Made by a program: the position numbers and the translations under genes
Shown here: positions 1 through 9,147 of the stretch, in pieces
Position numbering within the stretch: position 1 is the stretch's first letter
Layout of the letters: every line of letters begins with the position of its first letter
DNA from: an uncultured Acidobacteriota bacterium
GTDB lineage: Bacteria > Acidobacteriota > Thermoanaerobaculia > UBA5066 > Gp7-AA6
Assembly: GCA_963837495.1 (NCBI GenBank)
Contig: CAWINF010000001.1
Span: 841,843 to 905,842, forward strand
Direction of reading: 5' to 3'
DNA length: 64,000 nt
The notes under the pieces: generated by a model
Databases searched by the model: none
The model's input: only the letters and a program-made list of their open reading frames with translations
Told to the model about the DNA's origin: nothing

Positions 1-883
1 GATGAAAGGAGAGGCGGTCGCCGCTCTTGACGGGAGGAGCGCCGCTCAAGAGCTCCAGCCGCGCGGTCAGCAGAGCGCTCGTGGCGAACGCCCCGGGCGC
101 GGCCAGGACGACGCCGCGGCGAACGTCCTCCAGCTCGACGCCGGCCAGATTCGCGCTGACCCGCTCCCCCGCCCTCGCCTCTTCCGTTTCTCTTCCGTGA
201 ACTTCCAGCCGCCGCACGCGCACGGGCCGCCGGGCAGGAAGGAGCTCGAGCCTCTGGTCGCGGGAAATCGTGCCGCTCACGAGACTTCCCGTGACGACCG
301 GGCCGAACCCGACGATCGAGAACGCGCGATCGATCGGAAGGCGGGCGCCGCGGGCCTCCCGGCCCGAAGGGCCTTCCTCGAGAGCGAGCCGCAGCAGCGA
401 GCGTTTCAACTCGGGCAGGCCTTCCCCGGTCTGGGAAGACACGGGCACGATCCGCGCTTCCTCAAGAAACGATCCGCGAACCAGGTCGCGCGCGTCCGAG
501 ACGGTGACCTCGACGAGCTCCGGCGCAACGCGATCGATCTTGGTCACGGCGACGACGCCCTTGCGGATGCCTAGCAGCCGCACGATCTCGAAGTGCTCGC
601 GTGTCTGCGGCATGACCGACTCGTCCGCCGCGATGACGAGGAGCACGGCGTCGATCCCCCCGGCGCCCGCGAGCATGTTGCGCACGAAGCGCTCGTGGCC
701 CGGCACGTCCACGAACGAGAGCCGGACGCCCTCCCACTCCGCGTGCGCGAACCCGAGGTCGATCGTGATGCCGCGGCGTTTTTCTTCCGGCAGACGATCC
801 GCGTCGATACCGGTCAGCGCCTTGACCAGGGCTGTCTTGCCGTGGTCGATGTGCCCGGCCGTGCCCACGAGGAACCGCTTCAT
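1..883 (-). CDS. selB: Selenocysteine-specific translation elongation factor SelB, N-terminal GTPase part; the gene continues past the window start. The six-frame track does not list this ORF.
   Basis: Reverse translation from ATG at 883-881 gives [47 protein letters not shown]...DVPGHERF, the G1/G3 GTPase motifs in a SelB-type layout. Confidence 0.8.
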   Translation of the reverse strand, partial: MKRFLVGTAGHIDHGKTALVKALTGIDADRLPEEKRRGITIDLGFAHAEWEGVRLSFVDVPGHERFVRNMLAGAGGIDAVLLVIAADESVMPQTREHFEIVRLLGIRKGVVAVTKIDRVAPELVEVTVSDARDLVRGSFLEEARIVPVSSQTGEGLPELKRSLLRLALEEGPSGREARGARLPIDRAFSIVGFGPVVTGSLVSGTISRDQRLELLPARRPVRVRRLEVHGRETEEARAGERVSANLAGVELEDVRRGVVLAAPGAFATSALLTARLELLSGAPPVKSGDRLSFH

Positions 884-907
884 CGGAATGAAGGCTATAC
901 GAAGGCA

Positions 908-1218
908 CTGTCATCCTGAGCGAAGCGGCCATGTCATCCTGAGCGAAGCGAAGGATCTGCTCTGGTCACGATTGCCCGATTCGAGCGGAGCAGGTTCTTC
1001 GTCGCTTCGCTCGCGCCGTCGCCATAGCGGCTTTCCGCCGTCGCTGGAGAGCCGTAGCCGCGCGCCGTCGGGCCATAGCGGCTTTGGCGCGTCGGCGACT
1101 TCGGCGGAGGCTCTGGCGCGTCGGCGACCTCAGAATGACAGGGTTCTGAGTGATAGCCCTCAGAATGACAGGGCCCTGGGAGATAGCGCTCAGAATGACA
1201 GACACCCCAGTGATAGCC
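908..1218. repeat. Cluster of MITE-like units with termini CTGTCATCCTGAGCG / CGCTCAGAATGACAG. Includes a ~30-bp tandem (CCTCAGAATGACAGGNNCTGNGNGATAGC) x3 at 1128-1218.
   Basis: Same terminal inverted repeats and internal GAAGCGAAGGATCTGCTC / GAGCAGATTCTTCGTCGCTTCGCTCGCGCCGTCGCCATAGCGGCTTTGGCGCGTCGGCGACCTCAGAATGACAG segments recur at 9016, 14051 and 16582. Confidence 0.6.
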
Positions 1219-1227
1219 TTTTCCGCC

Positions 1228-1665
1228 ATGCAGAAGCGGATCGAGCAGGATCTGAAGACCGCCATGAAGAGCGGCGATAAGAGGCGTGTTTCGACCCTCC
1301 GCCTCCTTCTCTCCGTTCTGAAGAACGAACGGATCAATTCACAGCGCGAGCTGACGGACGAGGAAGCGGAAGCGGTCATCCGGCGGGCGGTCAAGCAGCG
1401 CAAGGAAGCGATCGAGGTCTACGACCGCACGGGACGGGTGGACCTTGCCGGCGCGGAAAAGGAGGAGCTGGCGATTCTCGAGGCTTATCTTCCCCAATCC
1501 ATGCCCGAGGCCGAGCTGGAAGCGACTGTTCGCGCGATCATCGCGGAGAAGGGTTTCTTCTCGGCGAAAGAGGTCGGGCAGCTCATGAAGGAATTGATGG
1601 CCAGACATCGCGGGCGGGTGGACGGGAAAAAAGCCCAGGAGATCGCCCGTAAGCTGCTCCCGTGA
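1228..1665 (+). CDS. yqeY: GatB/YqeY domain protein
   Basis: [34 protein letters not shown]...[21 protein letters not shown], typical YqeY layout, ~146 aa. Confidence 0.75.
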   Translation: MQKRIEQDLKTAMKSGDKRRVSTLRLLLSVLKNERINSQRELTDEEAEAVIRRAVKQRKEAIEVYDRTGRVDLAGAEKEELAILEAYLPQSMPEAELEATVRAIIAEKGFFSAKEVGQLMKELMARHRGRVDGKKAQEIARKLLP

Positions 1666-2252
1666 CTCCCCGCCAGGGCGATCCGCCGCGCCGGCGCGAG
1701 GAAATCGAGGTCAAGATTCCGTGCGAAGACCTCGGCGCGCTGCGGGAAAAACTGCGCGGCCTGAAATCGACACCCCGGACGCCTCTCCACTTCGAGTCCA
1801 ACGACCTCTACGACGATCCCGAAGGTCGCCTGCGGGTCTCCGGGCGCGTGTTGCGCCTCCGACGCGCCGACGGGACCGCGCTTCTGACGTACAAGGGGGC
1901 GGCGAGCTTCACCGGCGGCGTCAAGGCGCGGGAGGAACGCGAGACCCGGATCTCCGATCCGGAAGAAATGGAGGCGATCCTGGCCGCTCTGGGTTTGCAG
2001 CGCCGCTTCCGCTACGAGAAGAGGCGGGAGGAGTGGGCGCTCGAGGGCTGCGCCATCGCTCTTGACGAAACGCCCATCGGCAACTTCGTCGAAGTCGAAG
2101 GAGACCCGCGGGGGATCCGCCGCGCCGTCGTCGCGCTCGGCCTCGACGTCGCCAACGCCGTGCCTTACAGCTACGCCCGGCTCTATGCCGAACGCCGCAA
2201 GGCAGACCCTTCCCTCCCCGCCGACATGGTCTTCCGGGACCGTAAGGCGTAA
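1662..2252 (+). CDS. CYTH-domain protein (CyaB-like adenylate cyclase / triphosphatase family)
   Basis: N-terminal EIEVKIP motif and size; ATGA overlap with yqeY stop. Confidence 0.55.
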   Translation: MTPRQGDPPRRREEIEVKIPCEDLGALREKLRGLKSTPRTPLHFESNDLYDDPEGRLRVSGRVLRLRRADGTALLTYKGAASFTGGVKAREERETRISDPEEMEAILAALGLQRRFRYEKRREEWALEGCAIALDETPIGNFVEVEGDPRGIRRAVVALGLDVANAVPYSYARLYAERRKADPSLPADMVFRDRKA

Positions 2253-2331
2253 GGCGTCAGGCGTAAGGCGTGACGTCAGGAAAGAAACGGGGCATCGCCT
2301 CACGCCTCACGCCTTACGTCTCACGGGTTGG
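2252..2331 (+). terminator. Long imperfect hairpin built from GTAAGGCG repeats (GTAAGGCGTAAGGCGTCAGGCGTAAGGCGTGACG ... CGCCTCACGCCTCACGCCTTACG). Terminator or attenuator just upstream of the next gene.
   Basis: Inverted repeat visible in sequence; no clear T-tract. Confidence 0.35.
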
Positions 2332-3309
2332 ATGAGGGCCTTTCTTCTCGCGGCGGGGCTCGGCCGGCGCTTCCGGCCGGTCACGGACTCCATTCCCAAG
2401 CCTCTCTTCCCCTTCCTGAACGTCCCTCTGATCCGGGCGCACCTGACGAGGCTGGCCAGACACGGCATCCTCGAAGCTGGCGTCAATCTTCATCATCTTG
2501 GTGAAAAGATCGAAGGCCATCTGCGCGACCGCGCGGCGGATCTCCCGGACCTGCGCTTCTTCCCGGAGCCGGAAATCCTCGGCACCGCGGGCGCCCTGCG
2601 AAACGCCGCCGGATGGCTTTCCGGCGGAGACTTCCTGGTCGTCAACACGGACACGGTGATCGAGCCCGACATCCCGGCGCTCGTCTCCCGCCACCGCGAG
2701 ACCGGGCGCGCGGCCACGCTCCTCGTCGTGGAGAATCGGAATCCCGACCGGTACACGCCGCTTCAGGCCGAAGGGGACCGAATCACGGGGTTCGCAATGC
2801 CGGTGAAGAGGCCTCTGCTGTACACGGGGATCTGTATCCTGTCGCCGAGACTGCTCCAACGAACCCCGCCCGGAGAGGCGGCGCTCGTCGCCGATCTCTG
2901 GGCTCCGCTCTTGAACGAGACGCGCGACGAGATCGGATGGCTCCTGCACCAGGGCCCCTTCGAGGACCTGGGCCGCCCGAGCGATTTCCTCCGCGCGTCG
3001 CTCGAAGCGCTGGACCGCGGCGGACCGTTTCCGGAAGGCGGAGGGACTTTCGAAGCCGGAAAGCGGGTCCTCTCCGGCGAGCGCCCCGGGAACTTCGATG
3101 CATTCCGCAGCGTCCTCGGCCGGGCGGCGATCGGCGATCGAGCGTCGATCGCGGACAGCGTCGTCTGGGACGGCGTCGAGATCGGCGGCGGCGCCGAGAT
3201 CCGCGGATGTCTGGCAGCCGGCGGAAGGATTCTTCCCGGCGCGTGCCACGAGGGCGTCCTCCTCTGGCCCGGGAAGAACGGTCTCGCCGCCGGGCATCCG
3301 CTTTCCTGA
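2332..3309 (+). CDS. Sugar-phosphate nucleotidyltransferase (NDP-sugar pyrophosphorylase fold) with C-terminal left-handed beta-helix
   Basis: MRAFLLAAGLGRRFRP...LGTAGAL...VVNTDTV N-terminal NTP-transferase signature; C-terminal hexapeptide-like repeats. Confidence 0.65.
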   Translation: MRAFLLAAGLGRRFRPVTDSIPKPLFPFLNVPLIRAHLTRLARHGILEAGVNLHHLGEKIEGHLRDRAADLPDLRFFPEPEILGTAGALRNAAGWLSGGDFLVVNTDTVIEPDIPALVSRHRETGRAATLLVVENRNPDRYTPLQAEGDRITGFAMPVKRPLLYTGICILSPRLLQRTPPGEAALVADLWAPLLNETRDEIGWLLHQGPFEDLGRPSDFLRASLEALDRGGPFPEGGGTFEAGKRVLSGERPGNFDAFRSVLGRAAIGDRASIADSVVWDGVEIGGGAEIRGCLAAGGRILPGACHEGVLLWPGKNGLAAGHPLS

Positions 3310-3314
3310 GCGCC

Positions 3315-3950
3315 TCAGAGCTTCCATTCCCTGTCTCCGCGCCGGTAATAGAGCGTGCGTAACTTTGCCGTGCGGCCGAAGACGCGCACCACGGCCATCC
3401 GATCGTGTCCATCCCACAGATAGACCGAGCCCGGCGTGCTCTCGCCCATCGGTGAGAACGAGCAGATATCCGACGAATTGAAACGGATGGGATCGTCCAG
3501 ATTGTCGAGGGTTTTTGAGGGATTGCCCGGGTCGGGGACCCCGACGCCTCTCAGGATGCCGGGCATCACGTCGTTACGGTTCCAGGGGAAGGCGATGGAC
3601 AGCGGGAAGTCAATGCCCCGATCGATGTCGGCGGTGCGGATGCCGTTGCCGTTGCCGTCCACGTACAACGCCCATTCGTAGCGGTTCCCGTTCTTTCGAA
3701 ACTTGATCCCGACGTATCGTCCGCGGGTAATTGCCTGGGCGCGTGCCTGAAGAAAAGCGACACCCGTCTGCGCCGCGGCGGATCGTACAGAAAGAGCGGT
3801 GCGCAACTGCAACACTCCCGGCGCGGCGACGGCGGTCGCCGCCGCCAGGATCGCCAGGACCGCGATCAACTCCGCTGCCGAATAGCCGGCGTGAGAGAGA
3901 AGGAGGGGCCCGGAGCCGCGAACGCGGCTCCGGGCGGGCGGAGAGATCAC
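3315..3950 (-). CDS. Prepilin-type N-terminal cleavage/methylation domain protein (type IV pilin / pseudopilin-like). GTG start overlaps the comEA stop (GTGA).
   Basis: ...LLLSHAG|YSAAELIAVLAILAA: G at -1, E at +5, hydrophobic helix; C-terminal region hydrophilic. Confidence 0.5.
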   Translation of the reverse strand: MISPPARSRVRGSGPLLLSHAGYSAAELIAVLAILAAATAVAAPGVLQLRTALSVRSAAAQTGVAFLQARAQAITRGRYVGIKFRKNGNRYEWALYVDGNGNGIRTADIDRGIDFPLSIAFPWNRNDVMPGILRGVGVPDPGNPSKTLDNLDDPIRFNSSDICSFSPMGESTPGSVYLWDGHDRMAVVRVFGRTAKLRTLYYRRGDREWKL

Positions 3951-4342
3951 CGTCCTTTGCCCACCGGGACGGAGTTGCGGGCTGTCCTCGTTCCCGCGGA
4001 GCCGCCGCGGGTGCCTTTGGAGGAGACTTTCTCGGAAAGGGTCGTCGGACCGGCGAGGGTCAGATAGGGTTTGAGCGTCGTGAAGAGCTTCTCGCCGATC
4101 CCCTTGACCTCCATCAGATCTTCGACCCTGGCGAAGGAGCCGTGCGCCTGGCGGTACTCGACGATGCGGTCGGCGACCTTGGCCCCGATGCGTGGAAGAT
4201 TCGAGAGCTCCTTGGCGGAAGCCTGGTTGATGTTGACCTTCTTGCCGGCAACCTTGTCGGCCGTGTCCGCCGCAAGGAGACACGACGCTCCGAGAATCGC
4301 CGCGAGGGCGATCGCGAGGCGGCCGGAAGTTCGAGAATTCAT
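3947..4342 (-). CDS. comEA: ComEA-like helix-hairpin-helix DNA-binding protein with signal peptide
   Basis: VNINQASAKELSNLPRIGAKVADRIVEYRQAHGSFARVEDLMEVKGIGEKLFTTLKPYL. Confidence 0.8.
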   Translation of the reverse strand: MNSRTSGRLAIALAAILGASCLLAADTADKVAGKKVNINQASAKELSNLPRIGAKVADRIVEYRQAHGSFARVEDLMEVKGIGEKLFTTLKPYLTLAGPTTLSEKVSSKGTRGGSAGTRTARNSVPVGKGR

Positions 4343-4644
4343 CGTTGACTCACTTTCGAAAAGACGTTTCGTGTTGGGTTTCCTTGTTTCCTCTGGTTCT
4401 TGTCCTCATCGGGTCCCTGCGATCAGGCGTTCTCCATCGGCACCTCCTTTCTGTTCGAGCAGCGGAGAAGGCGAGAGCCGTGCCGCGCGCGCCGCGATGG
4501 AGCAAGCTGATGCATTGGAATGTGTTGCCGCTCGAAGGAGGGGATGGCTTGACCGCCGCGCCCGACAAACGGACTTGCTCTCGAAGAGGGCCGGAGCCGG
4601 TTCAAGCCGGTTCGAATCAGACCGTTACGTTTCCGCAAAAGACT

Positions 4645-4660
4645 TCTGACACGTGTCAGA
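4645..4660. promoter_or_regulatory. Perfect 16-bp palindrome TCTGACACGTGTCAGA ~30 bp upstream of ubiX; candidate operator in the comEA/ubiX divergent region
   Basis: Seen in sequence. Confidence 0.3.
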
Positions 4661-4690
4661 GACTTTTGTCAGCGGATAGACTCCGGCAGC

Positions 4691-5314
4691 ATGGCGGGGC
4701 GGGAAATCGTCGTCGGCGTCTCCGGGGCGTCGGGAGCTTTGCTGGCCCGCCGCTTCGTCGAGGTCGCGCTCGCGGCGAAGGACCTCGCGGTTCTTCACCT
4801 GGTTCTTTCCGAGGCGAGCCTCCAGGTGGCCAGGGGTGAGCTGGATCCTGCCATCTCGACGCCGCAGGACTGGGTCTCGCGCCTGGAGGACGCCGGGAGC
4901 CGCTCCGGCCGCATCCGGATCCACGAGAACGGGGAGGTCGGCGCCTCGATCGCCTCGGGGTCCTATCCGGTTTCAGGGATGGTCGTGATCCCCTGCAGCG
5001 CCGGCACGCTCGGCGCGATCGCCAACGGGATCTCGCGCGACCTCCTGCAGCGCGCGGCCGACGTGACGTTGAAGGAGCGCCGGCCGCTGGTTCTCTGCTT
5101 CCGGGAATCGCCCTACTCGCTCGTCCACATCGAGAACATGAAACGGGCGGCGCTCGCCGGGGCGATCATCGCGCCTCCCGCTCCCGCGTTCTACATTGCC
5201 GAGCCTTCCGTCGAGAGGTTTCTCGACGCGTACTGCCGCAGAGTCGCGAGACTTCTCGATCTCGAAGTCTCCGGAGAGGACTATCAGTGGAAGGGCCGTC
5301 CGCCCGAGCGGTGA
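4691..5314 (+). CDS. ubiX: UbiX/PAD1 flavin prenyltransferase
   Basis: IVVGVSGASGALLA...VIPCSAGTLGAIANGIS...RPLVLCFRESPYSLVHIENM. Confidence 0.85.
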   Translation: MAGREIVVGVSGASGALLARRFVEVALAAKDLAVLHLVLSEASLQVARGELDPAISTPQDWVSRLEDAGSRSGRIRIHENGEVGASIASGSYPVSGMVVIPCSAGTLGAIANGISRDLLQRAADVTLKERRPLVLCFRESPYSLVHIENMKRAALAGAIIAPPAPAFYIAEPSVERFLDAYCRRVARLLDLEVSGEDYQWKGRPPER

Positions 5315-6180
5315 GTCTCCCGGCTCTCTCCCGGTCGCTGAAGACGACGCTGGAGATGATCAAGTTCTCTCACACGCTCTTCGCCCTGCCTTTCGCATTG
5401 CTCGCCGCGGTGCTGGCGGCGCGGGGCCTGCCCTCCTGGCCGACGCTCGCCAAGATCCTGCTGGCGATGGTCGGCGCGCGCAGCGCCGCGATGTCACACA
5501 ACCGGTTAACCGACCACGCGATCGACGCCGCCAACCCCCGAACCGCTTCCCGGGCTCTCCCTTCCGGCACCATCTCGGCCGGCTTCGTCAGGGTCTTCCT
5601 CGCGGGATCGGTCGTTCTCTTCCTGGTCGCCGCCGCGAGCCTGAACCGAATGACGCTGGCCCTCTCGCCCGTCGCTCTCGCGCTTCTCTTTCTCTACGCC
5701 TACACCAAGCGCTTCACCTGGCTCTCGCACCTCGTCCTCGGCCTGTGCCTCGCGCTCGCGCCGATCGGCGCGTGGATCGCCGTGCGCGGGAGCCTGGCGT
5801 GGACTCCGGTCCTTCTGGGCCTGGCGGTGCTCTTCTGGACGGCCGGCTTCGACATCCTCTACGCCCTTCAGGACGAGGAGCATGACCGGCGCGCGGGATT
5901 GAAATCGCTGCCGGCGCGCTGGGGGACGAGGACCGCGCTCGTCGTCTCGGCCCTGCTGCACGCGGCCATGATTCCCCTGCTTCTGGCCGTCTGGCGCCTT
6001 TCGAGCGGAGGCGCTCTCTTTGCCGCCGGGATCCTCGCGACCGCCGCCGCCCTCCTCTACCAGCACGCGATCGTCAAGCCGAACGATCTCTCGCGGATCA
6101 ACACGGCCTTCTTCACCGCGAACGGATTCGTCTCCGTCACCCTCGCCCTCTGCGGGATCGCCGATGTTTTGCTTCGCTAG
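5287..6180 (+). CDS. ubiA: UbiA-family aromatic prenyltransferase (4-hydroxybenzoate polyprenyltransferase-like), multi-TM. Start uncertain (5287 or a later GTG/ATG).
   Basis: IKFSHTLFALPFAL..., NRLTDHAIDA, DILYALQDEEHDRRAGLKSLP; adjacent to ubiX. Confidence 0.75.
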   Translation: MEGPSARAVSLPALSRSLKTTLEMIKFSHTLFALPFALLAAVLAARGLPSWPTLAKILLAMVGARSAAMSHNRLTDHAIDAANPRTASRALPSGTISAGFVRVFLAGSVVLFLVAAASLNRMTLALSPVALALLFLYAYTKRFTWLSHLVLGLCLALAPIGAWIAVRGSLAWTPVLLGLAVLFWTAGFDILYALQDEEHDRRAGLKSLPARWGTRTALVVSALLHAAMIPLLLAVWRLSSGGALFAAGILATAAALLYQHAIVKPNDLSRINTAFFTANGFVSVTLALCGIADVLLR

Positions 6181-6312
6181 GAATCGGCTGGCGCCGATTC
6201 CTAATTTTAATAAATGGTCAATTCAAAAATACTTCGCGCGTCGCGTATTTGGTTTCCGCCTTAGGGGCGGCCCTTGCGGCCGCCCGCTAGGAATCGGCGG
6301 CAGCCGATTCCT
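6179..6312. terminator. Convergent-gene terminator region with three hairpins (AGGAATCGGCTGGCGCCGATTCCT, GGGGCGGCCCTTGCGGCCGCCC, AGGAATCGGCGGCAGCCGATTCCT) flanking a 60-bp AT-rich core
   Basis: Both flanking genes end in TAG embedded in GCTAGGAATCGGC. Confidence 0.5.
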
Positions 6313-7069
6313 GGGCGAGGATCACGGTCTCGCCGGAGACGTAGTCGTAGGGGCGGCGGTCGAAGCCGCCGAGGATCTCGATGTCCTTGAAACCCGCCCG
6401 GGCGAGCAGGTGCTCGAGCTCGTATCGGAAGAAATGGCGCATCTTCGTCCGCGTGCTCCGGCTCTCGGTCGGAGATCCTTCGCGACGCCGCTCGTAGCGG
6501 AACGTGACGTCGGAAACCTGGCTGACGGGGTCTCGCGTGACGCTGGTGAATCGAACGATCTCGGCGTCCGCCTCGCGCCAGCGCGCCTCCTCGAATTCCG
6601 GCTCCTGGAACTGAGCGACTCGCTCGAGTTTCGGCGCGAAAACGTCGAAGGCGAAGAGGCCGGCGGGAGTCAGGTGCCGCCGTACGGCCGCCAGGCAGGC
6701 GAGCTGATCCTCGACGGTCAGGAGATGCTGGAAACCGCGGAACGCCGAGAAGATGAGGGCGAAGCGATCCTCCCCGAGATCGAAGCTCTGCATCGGCCCG
6801 GCCACAAGCCTCAGGTTTTCCGGAGGATTCTTGCGGCGCAGCCGCTCGAGCATCGCTTCGGAGGAATCCAGTCCCGTGCACGCGATTCCGTCCCGGGCGA
6901 TCGGCAGAAGGACGCGGCCGGTGCCGCATCCCAGCTCGAGGACCTGTCCGCCAGCCTCCCGCGCCAGGTTCCGGTAGAACTCCACGTCCCCGGACGAGCT
7001 GCGGAAGAGATCGAATGCGGAGTCGCAATAACCGGCCCCGCCCGGGCCGTAGGCGTCGGCGTCTTCCAT
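6287..7069 (-). CDS. Class I SAM-dependent methyltransferase
   Basis: VLELGCGTGRVLLPIARDG...GLDSSEAML motif I/II. Confidence 0.75.
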   Translation of the reverse strand: MEDADAYGPGGAGYCDSAFDLFRSSSGDVEFYRNLAREAGGQVLELGCGTGRVLLPIARDGIACTGLDSSEAMLERLRRKNPPENLRLVAGPMQSFDLGEDRFALIFSAFRGFQHLLTVEDQLACLAAVRRHLTPAGLFAFDVFAPKLERVAQFQEPEFEEARWREADAEIVRFTSVTRDPVSQVSDVTFRYERRREGSPTESRSTRTKMRHFFRYELEHLLARAGFKDIEILGGFDRRPYDYVSGETVILAQESAAADS

Positions 7070-7322
7070 GGAGCGGCGATTCTAACCGCCGCTCGCAGTC
7101 CGCTCGCTCCCGCAGGGTGGGTACTGAGGATTTGCCAGGGCATCAGGCTTGCGCTCGCGGCGCGCGTAGTCTCCCAGAGGGGAGGAGGCGCGCGCCGCGG
7201 GAGCGTAGCGATTGCGCGGAATCAGGTGAGCGGTGAGGCCGCATCCGGCCGAAGCCGCTCGCCGGGGCGCCCGCCGGGCGCAGATTCCGCGCAATCGCGG
7301 AGCGACGGTACAATCGCGCGCC

Positions 7323-7982
7323 ATGGCGATCCCCTCCGAAGGCGACGTCCCGCTTCGCCACGTCGCGATCGACGGGCCCATCGGCGTGGGCAAGACCTCG
7401 CTCGTGGAGCTGCTTGCCCGGCGCTTTCACGGGACGAAGATCCTGGAGGATGTGGACAACCCCTTCCTCCCCGAGTTCTACAAGCGGAAGAAAGGGGCCG
7501 CGTTCCAGACGCAGCTTTTCTTTCTCCTCTCGCGCTACCAGCAGCAGCGCGAGATCGCGCAGATCGACCTCTTCACGACGCTCGTGGTGGCCGACTACCA
7601 CTTCCCCAAGGACAAGATCTTCGCCTGTCTGAACCTGGACGACTCGGAGCTGCTCATCTACGACCGCCTCTACTCTCTTCTGTCCGAGACCGTTCCCAAG
7701 CCGGATCTCGTCCTCTACCTGCAGGGGTCGCTCGAGACCTGCATGAGACGCATCAAGAGGGCGTCGCGGGCGGTGGAGAAGGGGATCACGCCGGAGTACG
7801 TCGCCCAGCTGATCGAGGCGTACAACTACTACTTCTACCACTACGAGGAGACGCCGCTCCTCGTCGTGAACACCAACGACATCGACTTCGTCAACCGTCC
7901 CGGGGACTTTGACGACCTGGTCGCGCAGATCCAGAAGGCCAGGAAGGGCGTGCAGTACTACGTCCCGGCCGCGAGCCGCTAA
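7323..7982 (+). CDS. Deoxynucleoside kinase (dNK/dGK family)
   Basis: VAIDGPIGVGKTSLVELLARRF P-loop; FQTQLFFLLSRYQQ; DR(L)YS motif. Confidence 0.8.
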   Translation: MAIPSEGDVPLRHVAIDGPIGVGKTSLVELLARRFHGTKILEDVDNPFLPEFYKRKKGAAFQTQLFFLLSRYQQQREIAQIDLFTTLVVADYHFPKDKIFACLNLDDSELLIYDRLYSLLSETVPKPDLVLYLQGSLETCMRRIKRASRAVEKGITPEYVAQLIEAYNYYFYHYEETPLLVVNTNDIDFVNRPGDFDDLVAQIQKARKGVQYYVPAASR

Positions 7983-8144
7983 CGTCGCTCCGCGTGCTTA
8001 ACCACCACTGTGGCTGAAAAGCAGCGGTCTTCCTTAACGTATGCAGGAACACGCTTACGCCTCCCGCCCGGTTGTACTCACGCTATAATTGGGCTTCGCC
8101 CTTCTCGGCGGCGATCCCGATGATCGGGACGTCGACCGAAAGGA

Positions 8145-9008
8145 ATGGAGCGCACCATGGCCAGCCTCTCGGAGACTTCTCCTGTCACGGTTCCCGCGCT
8201 GATCGCCGCCAAGGGGCGCGAGCCCATCGCGATGATGACCGCCTACGACGCCCCGTCGGCCGCGCTGCTCGACGAAGCGGGGCTGGACGTCCTGCTGGTC
8301 GGCGACTCCGCCGAGATGACCGTCTACGGCCGGCCGAACACTCTCTCGGCGACGATGGACTCCATGGTCCGTCACGCGGCGGCCGTCTCCGGGATGGCCA
8401 AGCGGGCGCTGGTCGTCGGGGACATGCCCTTTCTCTCGTACCAGACGAGCGCCCACGAGGCGGTCGCCAACGCCGGGCGATTCCTGTCGCAGGCCGGCTG
8501 CGCGGCGGTAAAGGTCGAGGGAGGACGGCGCGTGCTCGCCGCCGTCGAAGCGATCCTCGCCGCCGACATCCCCGTCATGGGACACGTCGGCCTGACCCCG
8601 CAGTCCTATCGGAAGTTCGGAGGCTTCAAGGTCCAGGGACGCGGGAGCGCCGCGGCCCGCGAGATCCTGGAAGACGCCGCCGCTCTCTCCGAGGCCGGAT
8701 GCTTCGCGATCGTTCTGGAGTGCGTACCCGACGGGCTGGCGGCGGAGATCACCCGGACGATTCCCGTCCCCACCATCGGAATCGGCGCCGGCGCCTCCTG
8801 CGACGGACAGGTCCTCGTCTTTCACGACGTCATGGGCCTGTCGCGCGGAGTCACCCCCCGCTTCGTGCGGCGCTACGCGAATCTCGCGCCGATCATCGAG
8901 GAAGCGGCGCGCGCCTTCACCAAAGACGTCAAGAGCCGCTCCTTCCCGAGCAAGGAAGAGTCGTATTACGACGCGAAGGCTCCGGCCGCCCTGCGGCGTG
9001 TCCGCTGA
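8145..9008 (+). CDS. panB: 3-methyl-2-oxobutanoate hydroxymethyltransferase
   Basis: IAMMTAYDAPSAALLDEAGLDVLLVGDS...VKVEGG...GHVGLTPQS. Confidence 0.9.
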   Translation: MERTMASLSETSPVTVPALIAAKGREPIAMMTAYDAPSAALLDEAGLDVLLVGDSAEMTVYGRPNTLSATMDSMVRHAAAVSGMAKRALVVGDMPFLSYQTSAHEAVANAGRFLSQAGCAAVKVEGGRRVLAAVEAILAADIPVMGHVGLTPQSYRKFGGFKVQGRGSAAAREILEDAAALSEAGCFAIVLECVPDGLAAEITRTIPVPTIGIGAGASCDGQVLVFHDVMGLSRGVTPRFVRRYANLAPIIEEAARAFTKDVKSRSFPSKEESYYDAKAPAALRRVR

Positions 9009-9015
9009 GACTCTC

Positions 9016-9134
9016 CTGTCATTCCGAGGTCGCCGACGCGCCAGAGCCGCTAAGGCGACGGCGCGAGCGAAGCGACAAGGAATCTCCCTCGGTCGGACGA
9101 CGAGAGCAGATCCCTCGCTTCGCTCGGGATGACA
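9016..9134. repeat. MITE-like element (TIR CTGTCATTCCGAGG ... CTCGGGATGACAG) filling the panB-panC intergenic space
   Basis: Terminal inverted repeat; homologous to elements at 908, 14051, 16582. Confidence 0.6.
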
Positions 9135-9147
9135 GAGGACAAGCCTC

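Noticed and set aside
6020-7912. 630-aa plus ORF spanning the methyltransferase (antisense) and kinase region
   Set aside because: Different frame from the deoxynucleoside kinase and antisense to the SAM methyltransferase; Ser/Pro/Arg-rich.
8075-8095. TATAAT box upstream of panB as a sigma70 promoter
   Set aside because: Perfect -10 hexamer (CGCTATAATTGG), but the best -35-like hexamer (TTGTAC) is only 6 nt upstream, so spacing does not fit; not called.
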